Of a DNA stretch of 64,000 nt, positions 18,463 through 31,587 are shown piece after piece. Positions within the stretch are counted from its first letter, which is position 1; the number at the start of each line of letters is the position of its first letter. This DNA is from an uncultured virus (IMG/VR IMGVR_UViG_3300030102_003916). Its lineage: Duplodnaviria; Heunggongvirae; Uroviricota; Caudoviricetes; Kyanoviridae. The position numbers and the translations under genes were made by a program. The stretch is from positions 1 to 64,000 of IMG/VR virus record IMGVR_UViG_3300030102_003916; one strand, given 5' to 3'. Under the pieces are notes generated by a model. That model made no database searches. It saw nothing but the letters and a program-made list of their open reading frames with translations, and had not been told where the DNA came from.

Positions 18463-20058
18463 ATGCCACGAACATTCAATCCTGGGCATAGACCAAGCCA
18501 ACCGTTGTATCCTGACGATCTTGTCTATACAACAGTAGCCAAAGTGGAATCATACTTGCAACTTCCCGAAGCCAAGCCTACGGCATTGATTGGTGATACC
18601 ACGACTGCCACAGAAAATGCAATCTCAATAATCAAAATTCCAATTGCAGGAGCAGACTATCGAAGATGGGGCTTTGCATCAGGTGATGTCATTACCCTGT
18701 ACGATAACGTGGATGCATTGGGCTGCACCCTTACCTTGACGGGTATTGAATCAACAGGTTCGAGTGGCGGAGTCACTCTCAAAGCGGCCAATCCAGGAAC
18801 TGCTTACACCAAAGCAAACGAGGCAAATGTCCAACCTACAACAATTCTCTCAAATTCATCACAAAGGGGTATCAGTAAGGCCCAAGTCGAGAATCTTATC
18901 AGAAGAAGACAGGACTACATTGACAGGATATGCAGAATAGCATGGCGACCCAGGCTTGTTGTCGATGAGTATCAGAACTTCACTACGTTCAAGCCCTACC
19001 GCCGCCGATACTATACAGATTATGTCGGTGCGATTTATCTTAGGAACAGGCCCATACAAAGAGTTCTGAGGATGGGAGTTTGGCAAGGAGACAAATACAG
19101 AGAGCTTGCCGCATCACGAGTGAGATTAGTTCTCAAAGATCCTCATCTGTTCAACGGGACTGATAAGATATTCCTATGTCCCAATATAGCGCATACGGCT
19201 ACATTGTCAAGTGGTACGTCAGGCACTACATGGGCAAAGGACTTCGGTGTCAAGACCATTGCAAGTCAGATTGCAAGCCTAATCAATGAGGATGCAAATG
19301 CGAGTAAGACTGCCATACAGATAGGTAGCATGACTGACAATGGCAAAGCACTCAACGTGAGCAATGAATTCCTGGCAACCGCCAATAGTGATGAAGGAGA
19401 TGGGAATGTTTTGATTAGCAGTATGCGTTCAACGGATGAGGGTGAAAACACAACCATAGCAACGACTAACCTAAGTTGCTTCGACCTTGCTCTATGCACT
19501 ACTGTCAATTCAGTCGCCACATCCACAGGTAGCACATTCAATGTCACAGACGGTTCCGGCTTTACGCAAGGAAACGGTCTGTATTACTATGGTACAGGAG
19601 CGTCAATCAAAGTTGCAAGATGCACTAGAGATGGAAACGCCTTGACTATCGTTGAGGACTTGACATCCGATTTCCAATCGGGTCTGTCTGCAAATGTCAC
19701 AGACATCTTCCAGACCAGGTTTGACAGTGATGCTACTGACGAACAAAGGCAAAAGGATTGGTGGTCTATGGAAGACAACGGCGCAATCATGTTCAACAAT
19801 CAATACCCATTCTTTGAGAACCATAGCATCAAACTAACATACGTCTATGGAGAGAGGTATCTTGACAAGTCCATAGAGGATGCTTGTACCAAGCTAGTCG
19901 CATTGGACATCATGATGACTGATGACTACACAGCCATGTTCCCCGAGGGAACTCAGAATGTCGATCTCCCACAGAAGATTACTAAATTAGAAGAAGAAGT
20001 CAAACGCATCTTGATTCCATATCAAGAAAGCATTGTTGTAGCGGGCATGGGTGGTTAG
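18463..20058 (+). CDS. Head-tail adaptor (SPP1 gp15/HK97 gp6-like) enlarged by insertions
   Basis: N-terminal YTTVAKVESYL, LIRRRQDYIDR, C-terminal IKLTYVYG...IEDACTKLVA; gene position. Confidence 0.7.
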   Translation: MPRTFNPGHRPSQPLYPDDLVYTTVAKVESYLQLPEAKPTALIGDTTTATENAISIIKIPIAGADYRRWGFASGDVITLYDNVDALGCTLTLTGIESTGSSGGVTLKAANPGTAYTKANEANVQPTTILSNSSQRGISKAQVENLIRRRQDYIDRICRIAWRPRLVVDEYQNFTTFKPYRRRYYTDYVGAIYLRNRPIQRVLRMGVWQGDKYRELAASRVRLVLKDPHLFNGTDKIFLCPNIAHTATLSSGTSGTTWAKDFGVKTIASQIASLINEDANASKTAIQIGSMTDNGKALNVSNEFLATANSDEGDGNVLISSMRSTDEGENTTIATTNLSCFDLALCTTVNSVATSTGSTFNVTDGSGFTQGNGLYYYGTGASIKVARCTRDGNALTIVEDLTSDFQSGLSANVTDIFQTRFDSDATDEQRQKDWWSMEDNGAIMFNNQYPFFENHSIKLTYVYGERYLDKSIEDACTKLVALDIMMTDDYTAMFPEGTQNVDLPQKITKLEEEVKRILIPYQESIVVAGMGG

Positions 20059-20061
20059 TCT

Positions 20062-20328
20062 GTGCATAAGGGTCTGATTGAACAAATCACGAAGATGAGG
20101 GATGCTGCAAAGCAACTGTCAAAAGCCTCTGCTAATGTAATCAAGAACGAACCTCATATGCACAAGAAGGTATTGTCCGAAGAAAGAGTCATGGCGCAAG
20201 CCGATGGCCTACCTTATTCTGAGGAAGAAATGCAACATAACGCAATGAGGCAGATGGAGAACAGTCCATTCCGTCTTGCCATGTTCAAGGCTAAGGACAA
20301 ATTCGAGGAGGCGGCGAAACGTGGCTAA
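20062..20328 (+). CDS. Hypothetical neck-region protein
   Basis: 88-aa ORF between the adaptor and the neck/fibre gene. Confidence 0.6.
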   Translation: MHKGLIEQITKMRDAAKQLSKASANVIKNEPHMHKKVLSEERVMAQADGLPYSEEEMQHNAMRQMENSPFRLAMFKAKDKFEEAAKRG

Positions 20329-23300
20329 GGATGCGATAAGTGCATTGCGAGATATTCTTGCAACTAATTGGTCAAAGCCCCCTGAACCATCCATCGAGGA
20401 CATTGCTGATGTGGACAAGGGCGATGCTAAGAGAGTAAGGATGCTAGACAATGATGTCATCCGTATCTTTGAGACTGCTCACAATGAGGCACAACCCGAA
20501 CTTGTGTATGATTATGTGAATGAACACGTCAATATCACAATTGATTGCAGGACTGTGGACAGTCGTGAAAGACTCTCAGAGATTCGTGATGAGGTTAGGA
20601 GAATTATCCATGCCTTTAGGAAGGGTGACAACAATAACTTTGACCGACTCATATACAAGACCAGGACAGACCTCTCTGATAGGTCGAAGAAACTATTCAG
20701 GTACACGATTCAATGTGAGGTAATCACATTCAGTTTGCTCGCTACTGCCGTTGATCCTGTGGTAAATCCAGCAGACGGCCAAGTAAGCGGTGGCAATACT
20801 TTCCAATCCTATGATGGAGATTTAGTGACTATTGCCCAAATGACCCCCTCTGACGGGGTATTTATCGTTGGAAGTGGCAGTAATTGGGTGGCAGAAAGCG
20901 GTGCAACGGCTCGAACATCATTGGGCCTGGGGTCAATGGCTACGCAGAACTCTGACGCAGTTAGCATCACAGGAGGTTCAATCGGAGGTGTTTCGGGCGT
21001 AGTGTATAGCGTTGCGGCGGGAACGGGCCTGACAGGCACGGCTACTAGCGGGGCAATCACACTCAACGTGGCTGACTTGACAGTCTCCGAGTTAGCCGCA
21101 GGTAGTCTACAAGTCAGTTCGGAGTCCTTTGCTGACAACGATACCTCGTTGATGACATCTGCCGCCATACAAGACAAGATACTGTCCTATGGTTATGCGG
21201 TCCTGGCTGACATCACATCGGGTGTCGATTTAACCGCCGGAACAGGGATGCTCATCCAAAGCGAAACTAACACGGGGAGTGGAGATTACTCAGCTACTAT
21301 TACGCTTGACCTCAAAGACGAAGATGACTTCGCATCGAATTCTGCGGTTCATGCCGCATCTCAACAATCCGTCAAGGCATATGTCGATACTCGTGTATCC
21401 AACCTACTTGGGGGCGCACCTGCGGCACTAGATACGTTGAATGAATTAGCCGCTTCGATAAATGATGATGCTAATTTCACAGGTACAATGACAACTGCTC
21501 TTGGCAACCGTGTCAGAGTCGATACTAACAGTCAAGGATTAACGGCTACTGAGCAATCAAACGCTCGTGCTAACATAGGTCTGAACGCAGGGTCTGTCCC
21601 ATCGGCAGGAACAGGAATCGACATTAGCGGCTCGGGCGAGTTCAGCGTGGATGTCAGCGACTTCATGAGTAGCGGTGCGAACAACCGTGTCCTTACTGCA
21701 ACAGGCACAGATGCATTTCAGGGTGAGTCCACGCTCACATACGATGGCACTACGCTAACGATAGACAATGGTGCGGATGAAGTCATTGCCCTGGGTAGCG
21801 GTAGTGGTTTGGCAACAATTGAGATTGGTGGAGACTCCGGTGCTAGGATTGACCTCAAGTCTCCCAACTCAGATGACTTTGACATAAGGTTGCATACGAC
21901 AGGATCGGGCGGAGAGCTAGTCACCGCCTCTCCATTGACTCTCAAGACATCAGGAAATAACGATGACATCACATTTGCACCACATGGTACGGGTAAGGTC
22001 AAATTTGGTGCAAGCGGATTCACCTTGCCGACATCAGACGGGAATGCAAATCAAACCCTCAAGACTGATGGAAGCGGAGCCTTGACGTTCCAAGATGACT
22101 TGAATCACACATATGCAATCAGTTCTGCTACTGTGACAGGTGGCGCGAACATAGTCCTGACTGCGGGCGGTAGCGGAAGTGGTACAGATACAGTCAAAAT
22201 CACAGGAGGGACAAACACTACCGTCACTCAGAACAACGATGAGATAACTCTAGTCTCTGCTGACACGACATATTCAGTTAGCACATCCGCAAGTGGTAGT
22301 GATGCTCGAATTAATCTAACCGCAGGAGGGTCAGGAAGTGGTACAGATTTCGTCACATTAGCGGCGGGTACGAACGTCACCATTGAAGAAACAGGCGACA
22401 CTATCACCTTCTCAGCAGCATCAGCAACCACCTATGATCTTCTAGTCGCACAGACAAGTGGAGATAATGACAACCCCGCATTGAGGCTCGACCCAAGTTC
22501 AGGTAGCAATGATGACATCACTATCGTAGGAGGTACGAACGTCACAGTGACCAGGGACAGCAACACACAACTCACCATATCTGCAACGGATACCAATACT
22601 CAGCTATCAACAGAACAAGTCCAGGACATAGTAGGGGCGATGGTTGATGGGGGAACCGAAACCAACATCGCAGTCACTTATGATGACACGGGTGGGAAAC
22701 TGAACTTCGTATCAACTGATACTAACACTCAACTAACACAAGAGCAAGTTGAGGACTTTGTAGCAGGTGTAATCGTAGCAGGTTCTAACATAACCAAAAC
22801 TTATGATGATGCGGCAGGAACACTAACACTTGCTGCCACAGATACCAACACTCAACTCAGCACAGAACAAGTGCAGGACATTGTTGGGGCTATGGTGAGT
22901 GCCAATACGGAAACGAATATTGCTGTCACATACGATGACACAGGTGGCAAGTTGAATTTTGCTTCAACTGACACGCAATTGACTCTTCTCGATGAGGATG
23001 ACTTTGCATCTAACAGTGCTACTGCCGCCGCCTCTCAGCAATCCATTAAGGCATATGTAGATGGCAAAACCGCATCCATAGTCGATTCTGCCCCTGCCGC
23101 CTTAGATACTCTGAATGAGTTGGCTGCAGCTCTCAACGATGATGCTAGTTTCTCAACCACTACTGCAACCTCGCTTGGCAACAGATTGAGAATTGACGAC
23201 AACCAATCCCTTACTAGCACACAACAAGCACAGGGTCTGACTAACCTGGGTTTTACTGCATCTTTAGCAGAAATCAATATTCTTGATGGTGGATTATCCG

Positions 23301-26300
23301 CATCCGACATTCCTAGTTTGGCTACTTCAAAGATTACAAGTGGCACTTTCGCTGATGCTAGGATAGCAGAAAGCAACGTCACTCAACATCTAGCAGTTGG
23401 TTCGGGCGGAGGTATCGGCCTGTCGGGCAAGACATTCACCTTAGACATAGATGGCATGACGGACATAGGTGCTGCCCTTGTCGATGCAGATTTGTTCGTT
23501 GTTGATGATGGGGCAGATGGGACAAACCGCAAGGCAACAATGGGTAGGCTGAAGACCTATATGCAGAACAACCTCACCTTCACCACAGATACGAATACGA
23601 ATCAGCTCACTACTTTCACCCTCACGGCAGATAGTGGCTCGAATCAAACGATAGCTCATGGAAACACATTGGACATAGCGGGTTCCTCGCCCATAGTGAC
23701 AAGCGTTGGTGCTACTGATACCGTGACGGTTGCATTAGACGATCCTGTGAATCTCTCGGAATTGACTGAATCGACAGATGCTACTGATGACAAGATTCTG
23801 CTTTGGGATGAGTCTGCCTCCTCCTGGAAATACATGACCATAGACAACCTCCAGGATTCCATTGACACAGGAGGCGGCGGCGGTGGGGCAGTATCAGCAG
23901 TCGCCAACGGTGCTAACAATAGGATAGCCACGTTCAGTAGTGCTGACGCTCTGAACGGTGAGGCCAATCTCGTATTCGATGGAACAAGTCTTGGAATAGG
24001 AACTACAAGCCCTGCGGCTAAATTGGACTCAAGGACAGGTTCGGGCTTTGCTCTTATTGCCGGTGCTGATGTGAATGCCACGACACTCACCGATAACACT
24101 AGGAAATTCGCAAGATTCGGTGCGCCTCATTACGATACTGATGAGGAACCCGTCACCATACTAACAGCAGATGCCAATGAATTATACTCAAGAATCTCCA
24201 TTGGTGGAGGGACAAGTGCCGGTAATGCTCCTTCTCAGATTTTCTTCCATACCGCAGCCAACACAACAACTCTTGGCAACAATACCGCGACTGCGACAAT
24301 CACCTCAACGGGTTTGGGGATAGGCACTACGAGTCCTTCTGCGCCACTTACCGTATCTGCTGATACTGACGGTGGAGATACAGTAAGAATAGAAGGGTCT
24401 GATGCTAATGGAAACCTATCAACTCCCGACTTAACACTAGTTAGAACAAATGGTGCGCCTGGCGCAAATACCTTCTTGGGACATTTACACTTTAAGGGCT
24501 ACAATAACGCTAACCCCGTTGAAGAAATAACTTATGCTAGTATAGCAGGGCAAATAGACTATGGCAATGATGGTCAAGAAAAGGGCAGACTGAAGTTCTA
24601 CACTCATGTTAATGGTACTAACACCAATACCATGACGATTGATGAAGCCAATGTCGGAATAGGTACTACGAGTCCTGGTACGCGATTGCATCTTTCAGAT
24701 GCCGCAGAAGTGACATTGAGCGTTGATTCATCTCATGCGACAGGCGCACAGATAAGCCTAGATTCAACAGGAACGGGTGGAGATGAATGGAGAATAGTAT
24801 CTGCTGCTGACAATGCAGGTATCGGCGGTGGCGCATTCGGGTTATACAATGTCGATACAAGTTCGTATAGATTCAATGTCACATCTGCGGGTAGTGTCGG
24901 AGTGGGTACTACGAATCCACAGTCCAAACTGCACATCTCAAGCGGAACATCAGGTGATGCTGTCCTCATCCTTGAAGCAGACACGGACAATAACAGTGAG
25001 ACAGACCAACCATTCATCGTCTTTGAACAGGATGGTGGGACACAACACTCAGCGATTGGCAGTCATTCGGGGAGCAATACCGACAACAACGCTTTGATTC
25101 TCTCCAACTCGGTCAGTTCAAGCGGCATCGAAGCCGGAATGATATTCAAGACAGGCACAACAAGTGGTTATGCCAATGCCGTTGAGAGAATGAGAATCAC
25201 ACCTGCGGGTGACATCACAATGACGGAAGACCTTGATGTGGCAAAGCACTTCTCCTTTGACACGCAACACGTTGGTGGCTCTGCGGGCGGAAGCACAGGA
25301 ACGGAGAATGGTGCTAATACATGGTGCAAGATACTGAGTTGGGATCCAGGTACAACTCAATACAGGGACTTGAGCCTGACTCTAGGTATTACTGCGGTGG
25401 ATTTAGGGAGTCAGAACCAAGCGATAATCAACGTCTATGGTAGGTCCAATGGAACTAACAGCGCACATACTATGGNNNNNNNNNNCAAGACGACTCCTTC
25501 AAGATGATTACCGAGGGATGGGGGCAACCGATAGAACTCTGGATGAAGAAGTACGGTAATTATGGTACTTACAATTGGAACGAGATAGCGAAGAAAGTGG
25601 GTGGTAGCACCACTCTGACTTACTTTTCAAACTCAGCGTGGCAATCCGCAGAGCCAGCCAAGACTAGCGGAACACCAGCAGCAACTCGCTCTTACGGCAC
25701 GGTGATTGAGGGTAGGAATCCTGTATTGAATCTGTATCACAATCAGAACGTAAGTCAGTTGAGCGCAAATGATGTCCTCTCCACTATTAGTTTCAGGAAG
25801 CATACGACTACGAGTGGTAATGAGACAATCAGAATTTACAACGTGCATGGTAATTCGGGACAAACTGATGGTGTGACTGATGACTACCATACAAGTGACC
25901 TTAGAGTTTCAACTAGGAAGATAGGAACGAACTCCCTCACAGACCGATTCACCATTCTAGGTCAGGAGGGCTATGTAGGAATAGGGACTATGAGTCCCAC
26001 AGTTCCCCTTCATGTTGCAGGTGCAAACAACGAAGCGGCGAGATTTGAGGGTAGTGGTAATGATGCCTTCATCAAANNNNNNNNNNCTCAACGGGTGGAA
26101 CGGGATTCGTTGGTTCTGCAAGCAATAACAACTTCGCCATCAGAGCGAACAACTCCAACAAGATGTTCGTGACTTCGGCGGGCAAGGTCGGAATAGGAAC
26201 TTCGAGTCCCACCGGAATACTAACTATCACAAATTCGGGTCACGACATGATTCACCTGAACAGGACTGTGGACAATGAAGGATACGGGATGGGAATCATC

Positions 26301-29300
26301 GGGAGAGCAGGAAACGATTCATCCACAACCGCCGCACATGAGTATGCCGGATTGTTCTTCCAGATAGAAGACCATACAGACGGTGCGGAAAAGGGCAGTA
26401 TCGCATTCCATACTTCAACAGGTGGAGTTGCGGCAGATCAAGGTAGCACTCTTGCTATGCGGATTACGGGCGATAACAAGGTTGGGATAGGCACTTCAAG
26501 CCCCGTTTCAGCATTAGACTTGAACACGGGTGCGTTGTCATTCGCTAACACTAACACCCAACTCAAACTGTCTGGTGGGTCGAATGTCGATCTGCAACTC
26601 GGTCACTGGGGCAACACTCACATCCTCATAGACACGGATGGAAATGACTCAAGCAGGTACTTCTCGGTAAGGCATGGCAATGCTACGGCAGGTTCTGCAA
26701 CGGAGTTGTTCAAGGTCACAGAAGCCGGAGAGACTTCGGTGACAGGAAACCTGACAGTAAGCGGTGACTTGACGATAAATGGCACGACCACTACCATCGA
26801 CACGACCAATTTGGCTATCGAAGACAACATCATTGTCCTGAACAAGAACGTCACAGGGACACCTGCTGATGTCGATGCGGGTATCGAGGTTGAGAGGGGG
26901 GATGAGACAAACCCCACGTTCGTCTTCGATGAAGGACAGGACATTTGGAACGCCACGACTCCTGGTTCGGGTAATAGCTTCATAGCGAACAACGCCAATG
27001 GGTACATCGCACTTGGGCCTCAGAACTCATCTTATGCACACATTACCACAGACAGAGGCAAATTTTACTTCAACCGTGACTTGGTGATAGGGGAGAACGC
27101 AATCTCATCCTACAACGGTGACTTCTCCATTAGAAGGAACCAGGACTCTCAAGACCAGATTGTAGTCAAGGAACACGCAATGTCATTCACATCTGACAAC
27201 AATGAGGTCATGTCGATTGATGGGACTAACAAGAGAGTCGGAATCAACGCTACGATTCCTCAGAAGGATCTCCACATCAAGAATCTCAATGAGGCGACAA
27301 TCCTGCTCCAAAAGTCCGAGGCGGGTGAGCATTACCCACGAGCAACCGTGCAGTCGGCAGTCAATGTCCATGCGGCTGACATCGCAGGTGCGCTTTCCGC
27401 TAACGCAACGAGCATGACCATTGATGGGTCAGGAGCTAGTAGTTTCGCTTCGAGTGGCAGGGCAGAGATAAGAGCCACCCAGGACACGTTCACCTACACA
27501 GGCAAGACCGACAATGGCGATGGCACATTCACGCTCACAGGCATACCATCAAGCGGTGACAATGCGATAGCGGCTGTGGATGACAATGCGGTAGTCATCA
27601 ACCACCCTGAGACATTCACGATTGACGGAGGTAGTGGACAATCAGCCATACCCACAAGCGGGACATACTACATTCACAGGACAGGTGACTCCTTTACTGC
27701 TGATTACAGTTTCAACTCTGGAACAGGCATTGGTACGTTCACCAACGTAGTCGGACTGAGGGAGAGCCTGGTCGATGGCGACATCGTGGACTCGGATAGC
27801 CCCACAACGGCAGTCATCGGCTTCATGGGCAACGACCAAAGTGGAAGCGGCGGTAGGATTGGTTCCTCGATAAGCCATGTGGCTAGATCTGCCTTTGGGG
27901 ATTACAGGCTAGACTTCGGTGCGGGTTCTTATCTCCAGAAAGACCCCTACTACCAAGCAAACGAGTTCAACTACTCAGTCGAGACTGAGCCGAGGATGTC
28001 CATCTTGGATAACGGATTGGTAGGCATAGGAACCACAGCTCCCGTTGTATATTCAACTGGTGCTACAACCCTACAAATTCACGATGCTACTTATCCTGAA
28101 CTGAGATTAACCAATGATACAACAGGAACGGCTTCCGGTAATGGTTCTCTAATACAGGTAGCGAGTAATGACCTATACATTTGGAATGCTGAAAATGCGG
28201 ATATAAATTTCGCTACAAACGCCGATGTTCACATGAAGTTAGACGAAAACGGAAACTTGGGCATAGGTGGTTCGTTTACTGGTCATGCCGTAAATGGTAT
28301 GCTTCATGTTCGTGATGAGAATGATGGTAGTGACCAATACTCCGGTATTCGTTTCTTCCCCGCAGATGCAGAGACAAGTGCTACTGATAATGACTTCTAT
28401 CATAATATCACAGGTTTCAGAAAGGGAGGATTGATGCTAAGTGGTGGACAATCTGGAAACTACACTAGAACATACGCAACTCTCAACAATGATGGTTTCA
28501 AGGTATTCACGAATGCAGGTGATAACACCGCAGTCAATATGTCCACACAGCAAAGACTGCTAATTCCGACAGGGGGGGGAGCAACTACATTCTACACAAA
28601 TTTATTATTAGAATCAACAGCAACATCTGGTGAAGCACCTATTCTTGAATTATACAAGAACGATAGTGGCCCTGCTGTTGGCGAAGCAATAGGGACAATC
28701 AAGTTCACCGGCGAGAATGACCAAGATCAGAAGGTGACTTATGCCGAGATTCAATCATACATAGAAGACGAGACTGATGCTACTGAGAATGCCGCTTTGC
28801 AATTTTGGCTAATGGAAATGGGTACTCCAAGAGAGAACCTAAGACTCGCATCTAACCAAATCACATTCAACAACACCGAGAGAAACGTGGATGTGTTGAT
28901 GAAGTCAGACGATGGTTCACACAACTTCTTCTCGGATGCGGGCAACAACCGTATTGGCATAGGAACTAACAGCCCTGCCTATCTATTAGATGTGGCAGGG
29001 ACAGGCAGGTTCACAGGCACAGTAAGGATTGAGAATACCCTTCCAGAATTAAAATTGATAGATACTGATGCTACTAATGATCCGACTGCTCGCATCATCA
29101 ACAATAACGGAAATCTGTCTATTAGAGCAGATAGCGAGAACGTAGGGACAGGAGGACACATCACCTTTGAGACATCGGGTTCAGAGAAGATGAGACTGAG
29201 TGATACAGGTAAGCTCGGAATCGGCACAACTTCCCCTTCTCACCCCCTAACCATTGTCAATACTGCGAACACCCCCAATACAGACACTCATTTTGCCGTC

Positions 29301-30842
29301 AAGATCGACCATGATTCAACAGGTAGCACTACGCTCACAGGAGACAGGGAACAAGGCGGAATATATGTCGATGCGGACTCATCCACAACGGGCGGCGACC
29401 AATCCAACGAACACCGACTGTACGGTATCTGGTCGGATACGAGGCTAAACACCGCCGGAGATGCCGATGCGGTCTATGCCGTGTATGGATATGCAGAGGC
29501 ACAGAGGAATAGCGCGACTACTACTGCGACTAGCAACATGGCAGCTGGCTACTTCGTAGCGGCGAGTGACGATTCGACTGCGAACGCCACAATAAGTGGG
29601 TTGTATGGTTCATTTGGATATGTATCGCTACAAGACACCGGAACAGTATCGAACGCTCACGGTGCGCGTGGACAGACCATAGTGAGTGGGAACAGAGCCA
29701 CCGACCTGCCGAAAATTAGAGGTACTTCCTCCGAGGTTGATATTGGTGGTGCTAGGACAGGCGGCGACATCACGATAACTGATGCAAGGGTGTACGAGGG
29801 TATTTTCGATCATAACGTGGACACAGGGGCTGGAGATGCGGCAGTCGTCACCAATGCGTATATGTGGTATGGGAACTATGCTGTGACCCAGGCAGACCAA
29901 ATTACTACTAAATGGGGTATGTATCAGACCAACGAGGACAAGAACTACTTCTCCGCGCCCCTGGGAATCAACGACACTTCCCCTAGCGGTGACTTGGACA
30001 TCATAGGTGCAGGAGGCGGCAACGGTGACATATACCTCAGTAGAACAAGCGGTGCTACAATCAATCTCCAAGCTCAATCAGCCGCAGGGATAATAGGCAC
30101 TACTTCCAACCATAATTTCCAAATCAAGACTAACGGTTCCGTGAGGGCGACAGTCTCGACTGCGGGCAGATTGGGAATCGGAGACACAACCCCTGATGCC
30201 ATGCTAGATGTCGAGTCCAACGATGGTAGTGTCCCTACGGGACTCTTTTACAGAAACGACTCAACCACATCAGCATCATTGTTGAAGCTCGTTGAGGACA
30301 GCGTGTATGCAGACAACCCTACGCTTGAGGTCATAACGGATAGGACAGATGGAGCCATACCCTCAATCAGCGTAGTGGGCGGTGCGGTCACAGCAAGCGG
30401 GCCTAACGGTTGGGGAACATGGGAACACAGGCATTTCTATGCTAGGAACTATGGAACTGCAACAGGTCAAGGTTCAGGATTACATCACATAACAGATGGA
30501 GATGAAGGAAACATAAACGCCTTTTCCCTGCCATACGATGCTAAACTAAGAGCAGTTCAAATCACATATAACACATCAACAAACCAATCAAGTAGCACAG
30601 CAGACCAAACATGGAGATTGTTCCATAGTGGAGATGCGGCCAATGTCATCACGAACATAACTGTGGACATAAGCAATGATTTCTCAAATCCAAATGGAAA
30701 TCAATACATTCATTTAGCAACGGGCTTGGATATAGATATGCCCAAAGGAAAGGGGTATTCGATGAGAAGAGAATCAGGAAACCTAGACATATTCATTGTG
30801 AAGATAGATCTTTACTTTACAAGACACACAACGAACTTCTGA
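20321..30842 (+). CDS. Giant neck/fibre protein (~3500 aa): tail-terminator-like N-terminal domain fused to repetitive fibre; split by N gaps at 25476-25485 and 26077-26086
   Basis: GTG 20321 follows GAGGAGG. After each gap the downstream frame is open from the gap. Fibre motifs: APAALDTLNELA x2, DTNTQL repeats, many GxVGIGTxxP repeats. Confidence 0.7.
22589..22985 (+). repeat. Three ~40-aa coding repeats (DTNTQLxxEQVxDxVxxxx...NIxxTYDDxxGxL)
   Basis: Visible in translation; the nucleotide copies are diverged. Boundaries approximate. Confidence 0.85.
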
Positions 30843-30851
30843 GGAAATAAC

Positions 30852-31226
30852 ATGGAACATCAAGGCGAGAAAATAGTAGAAGAGATAGAAGTGCCGGTTT
30901 TGGATGAGGATGGAAACATAATAGGCATTAAAATAGAGAAGAAAATCTCATGGGGGTTGCCGAAAGGGTATAGTGGCCCATACTATGATGAAACGATAAC
31001 TGATGAGGACAGGTTAGCAGATGCTTGGGATGAAGTTAGAGATGTTAGAAAGAGCCTATTGAAGGTGGTCGATGTCTATCAGGGAACTCTTCTTTACAAC
31101 TCCTTGACCAAGACCAAACAGAACCAATTAGCCAAATACAGGCAAGATTTGTTGGACATCACTAACCAGGAGAGTCCCGAAGAGGCAATGAAGAATCTTC
31201 CAAAGACTCCAAAATGGCTGAAATAG
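30852..31226 (+). CDS. Tail fibre assembly chaperone-like protein
   Basis: WDEVRDVRKSLL...D...YRQDLLDI...PxxP pattern; immediately after the fibre gene. Confidence 0.75.
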   Translation: MEHQGEKIVEEIEVPVLDEDGNIIGIKIEKKISWGLPKGYSGPYYDETITDEDRLADAWDEVRDVRKSLLKVVDVYQGTLLYNSLTKTKQNQLAKYRQDLLDITNQESPEEAMKNLPKTPKWLK

Positions 31227-31276
31227 CAATGATAGCCCTGACATCTTTATGAACCATGTGCATCTGAGGCGTTATA

Positions 31277-31543
31277 ATGACTGATGAGCCAAGAACAATT
31301 ACTATGGAAGAAGCAATCCCTATCCTGCAACAGCAGAACGCAGACCGCTTAGTTCTGCTTAGATTGTACCAATCATACGCTTCTGAGGTTTCAAACTTCG
31401 TCACACAGAGAACCAACCAACTACAACGTGATGTGCAAGAAGTCCTGGCGGCACAACAAGCTAGGAACCCACTTCCTGATGACGTTATAACGGAAGATGA
31501 GGAAGAAGCGGAATCAGATGAAGAAGATTCCGACTCTGAGTGA
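31277..31543 (+). CDS. Small acidic coiled-coil protein
   Basis: 88 aa with an acidic tail; preceded by the putative promoter motif. Confidence 0.65.
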   Translation: MTDEPRTITMEEAIPILQQQNADRLVLLRLYQSYASEVSNFVTQRTNQLQRDVQEVLAAQQARNPLPDDVITEDEEEAESDEEDSDSE

Positions 31544-31550
31544 TAGTTGC

Positions 31551-31562
31551 TAAATAGCATTG
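31551..31562 (+). promoter_or_regulatory. Putative promoter element TAAATAGCATTG upstream of tail tube gene
   Basis: Intergenic, ends 25 nt before ATG 31588. Confidence 0.45.
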
Positions 31563-31587
31563 TCAATCTAGCCTAGCACGATAGCAT

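Noticed and set aside
25476..26172. Apparent frameshifts or pseudogene in the fibre gene
   Set aside because: Breaks coincide with 10-N scaffold gaps and the downstream frames are open from the gaps.
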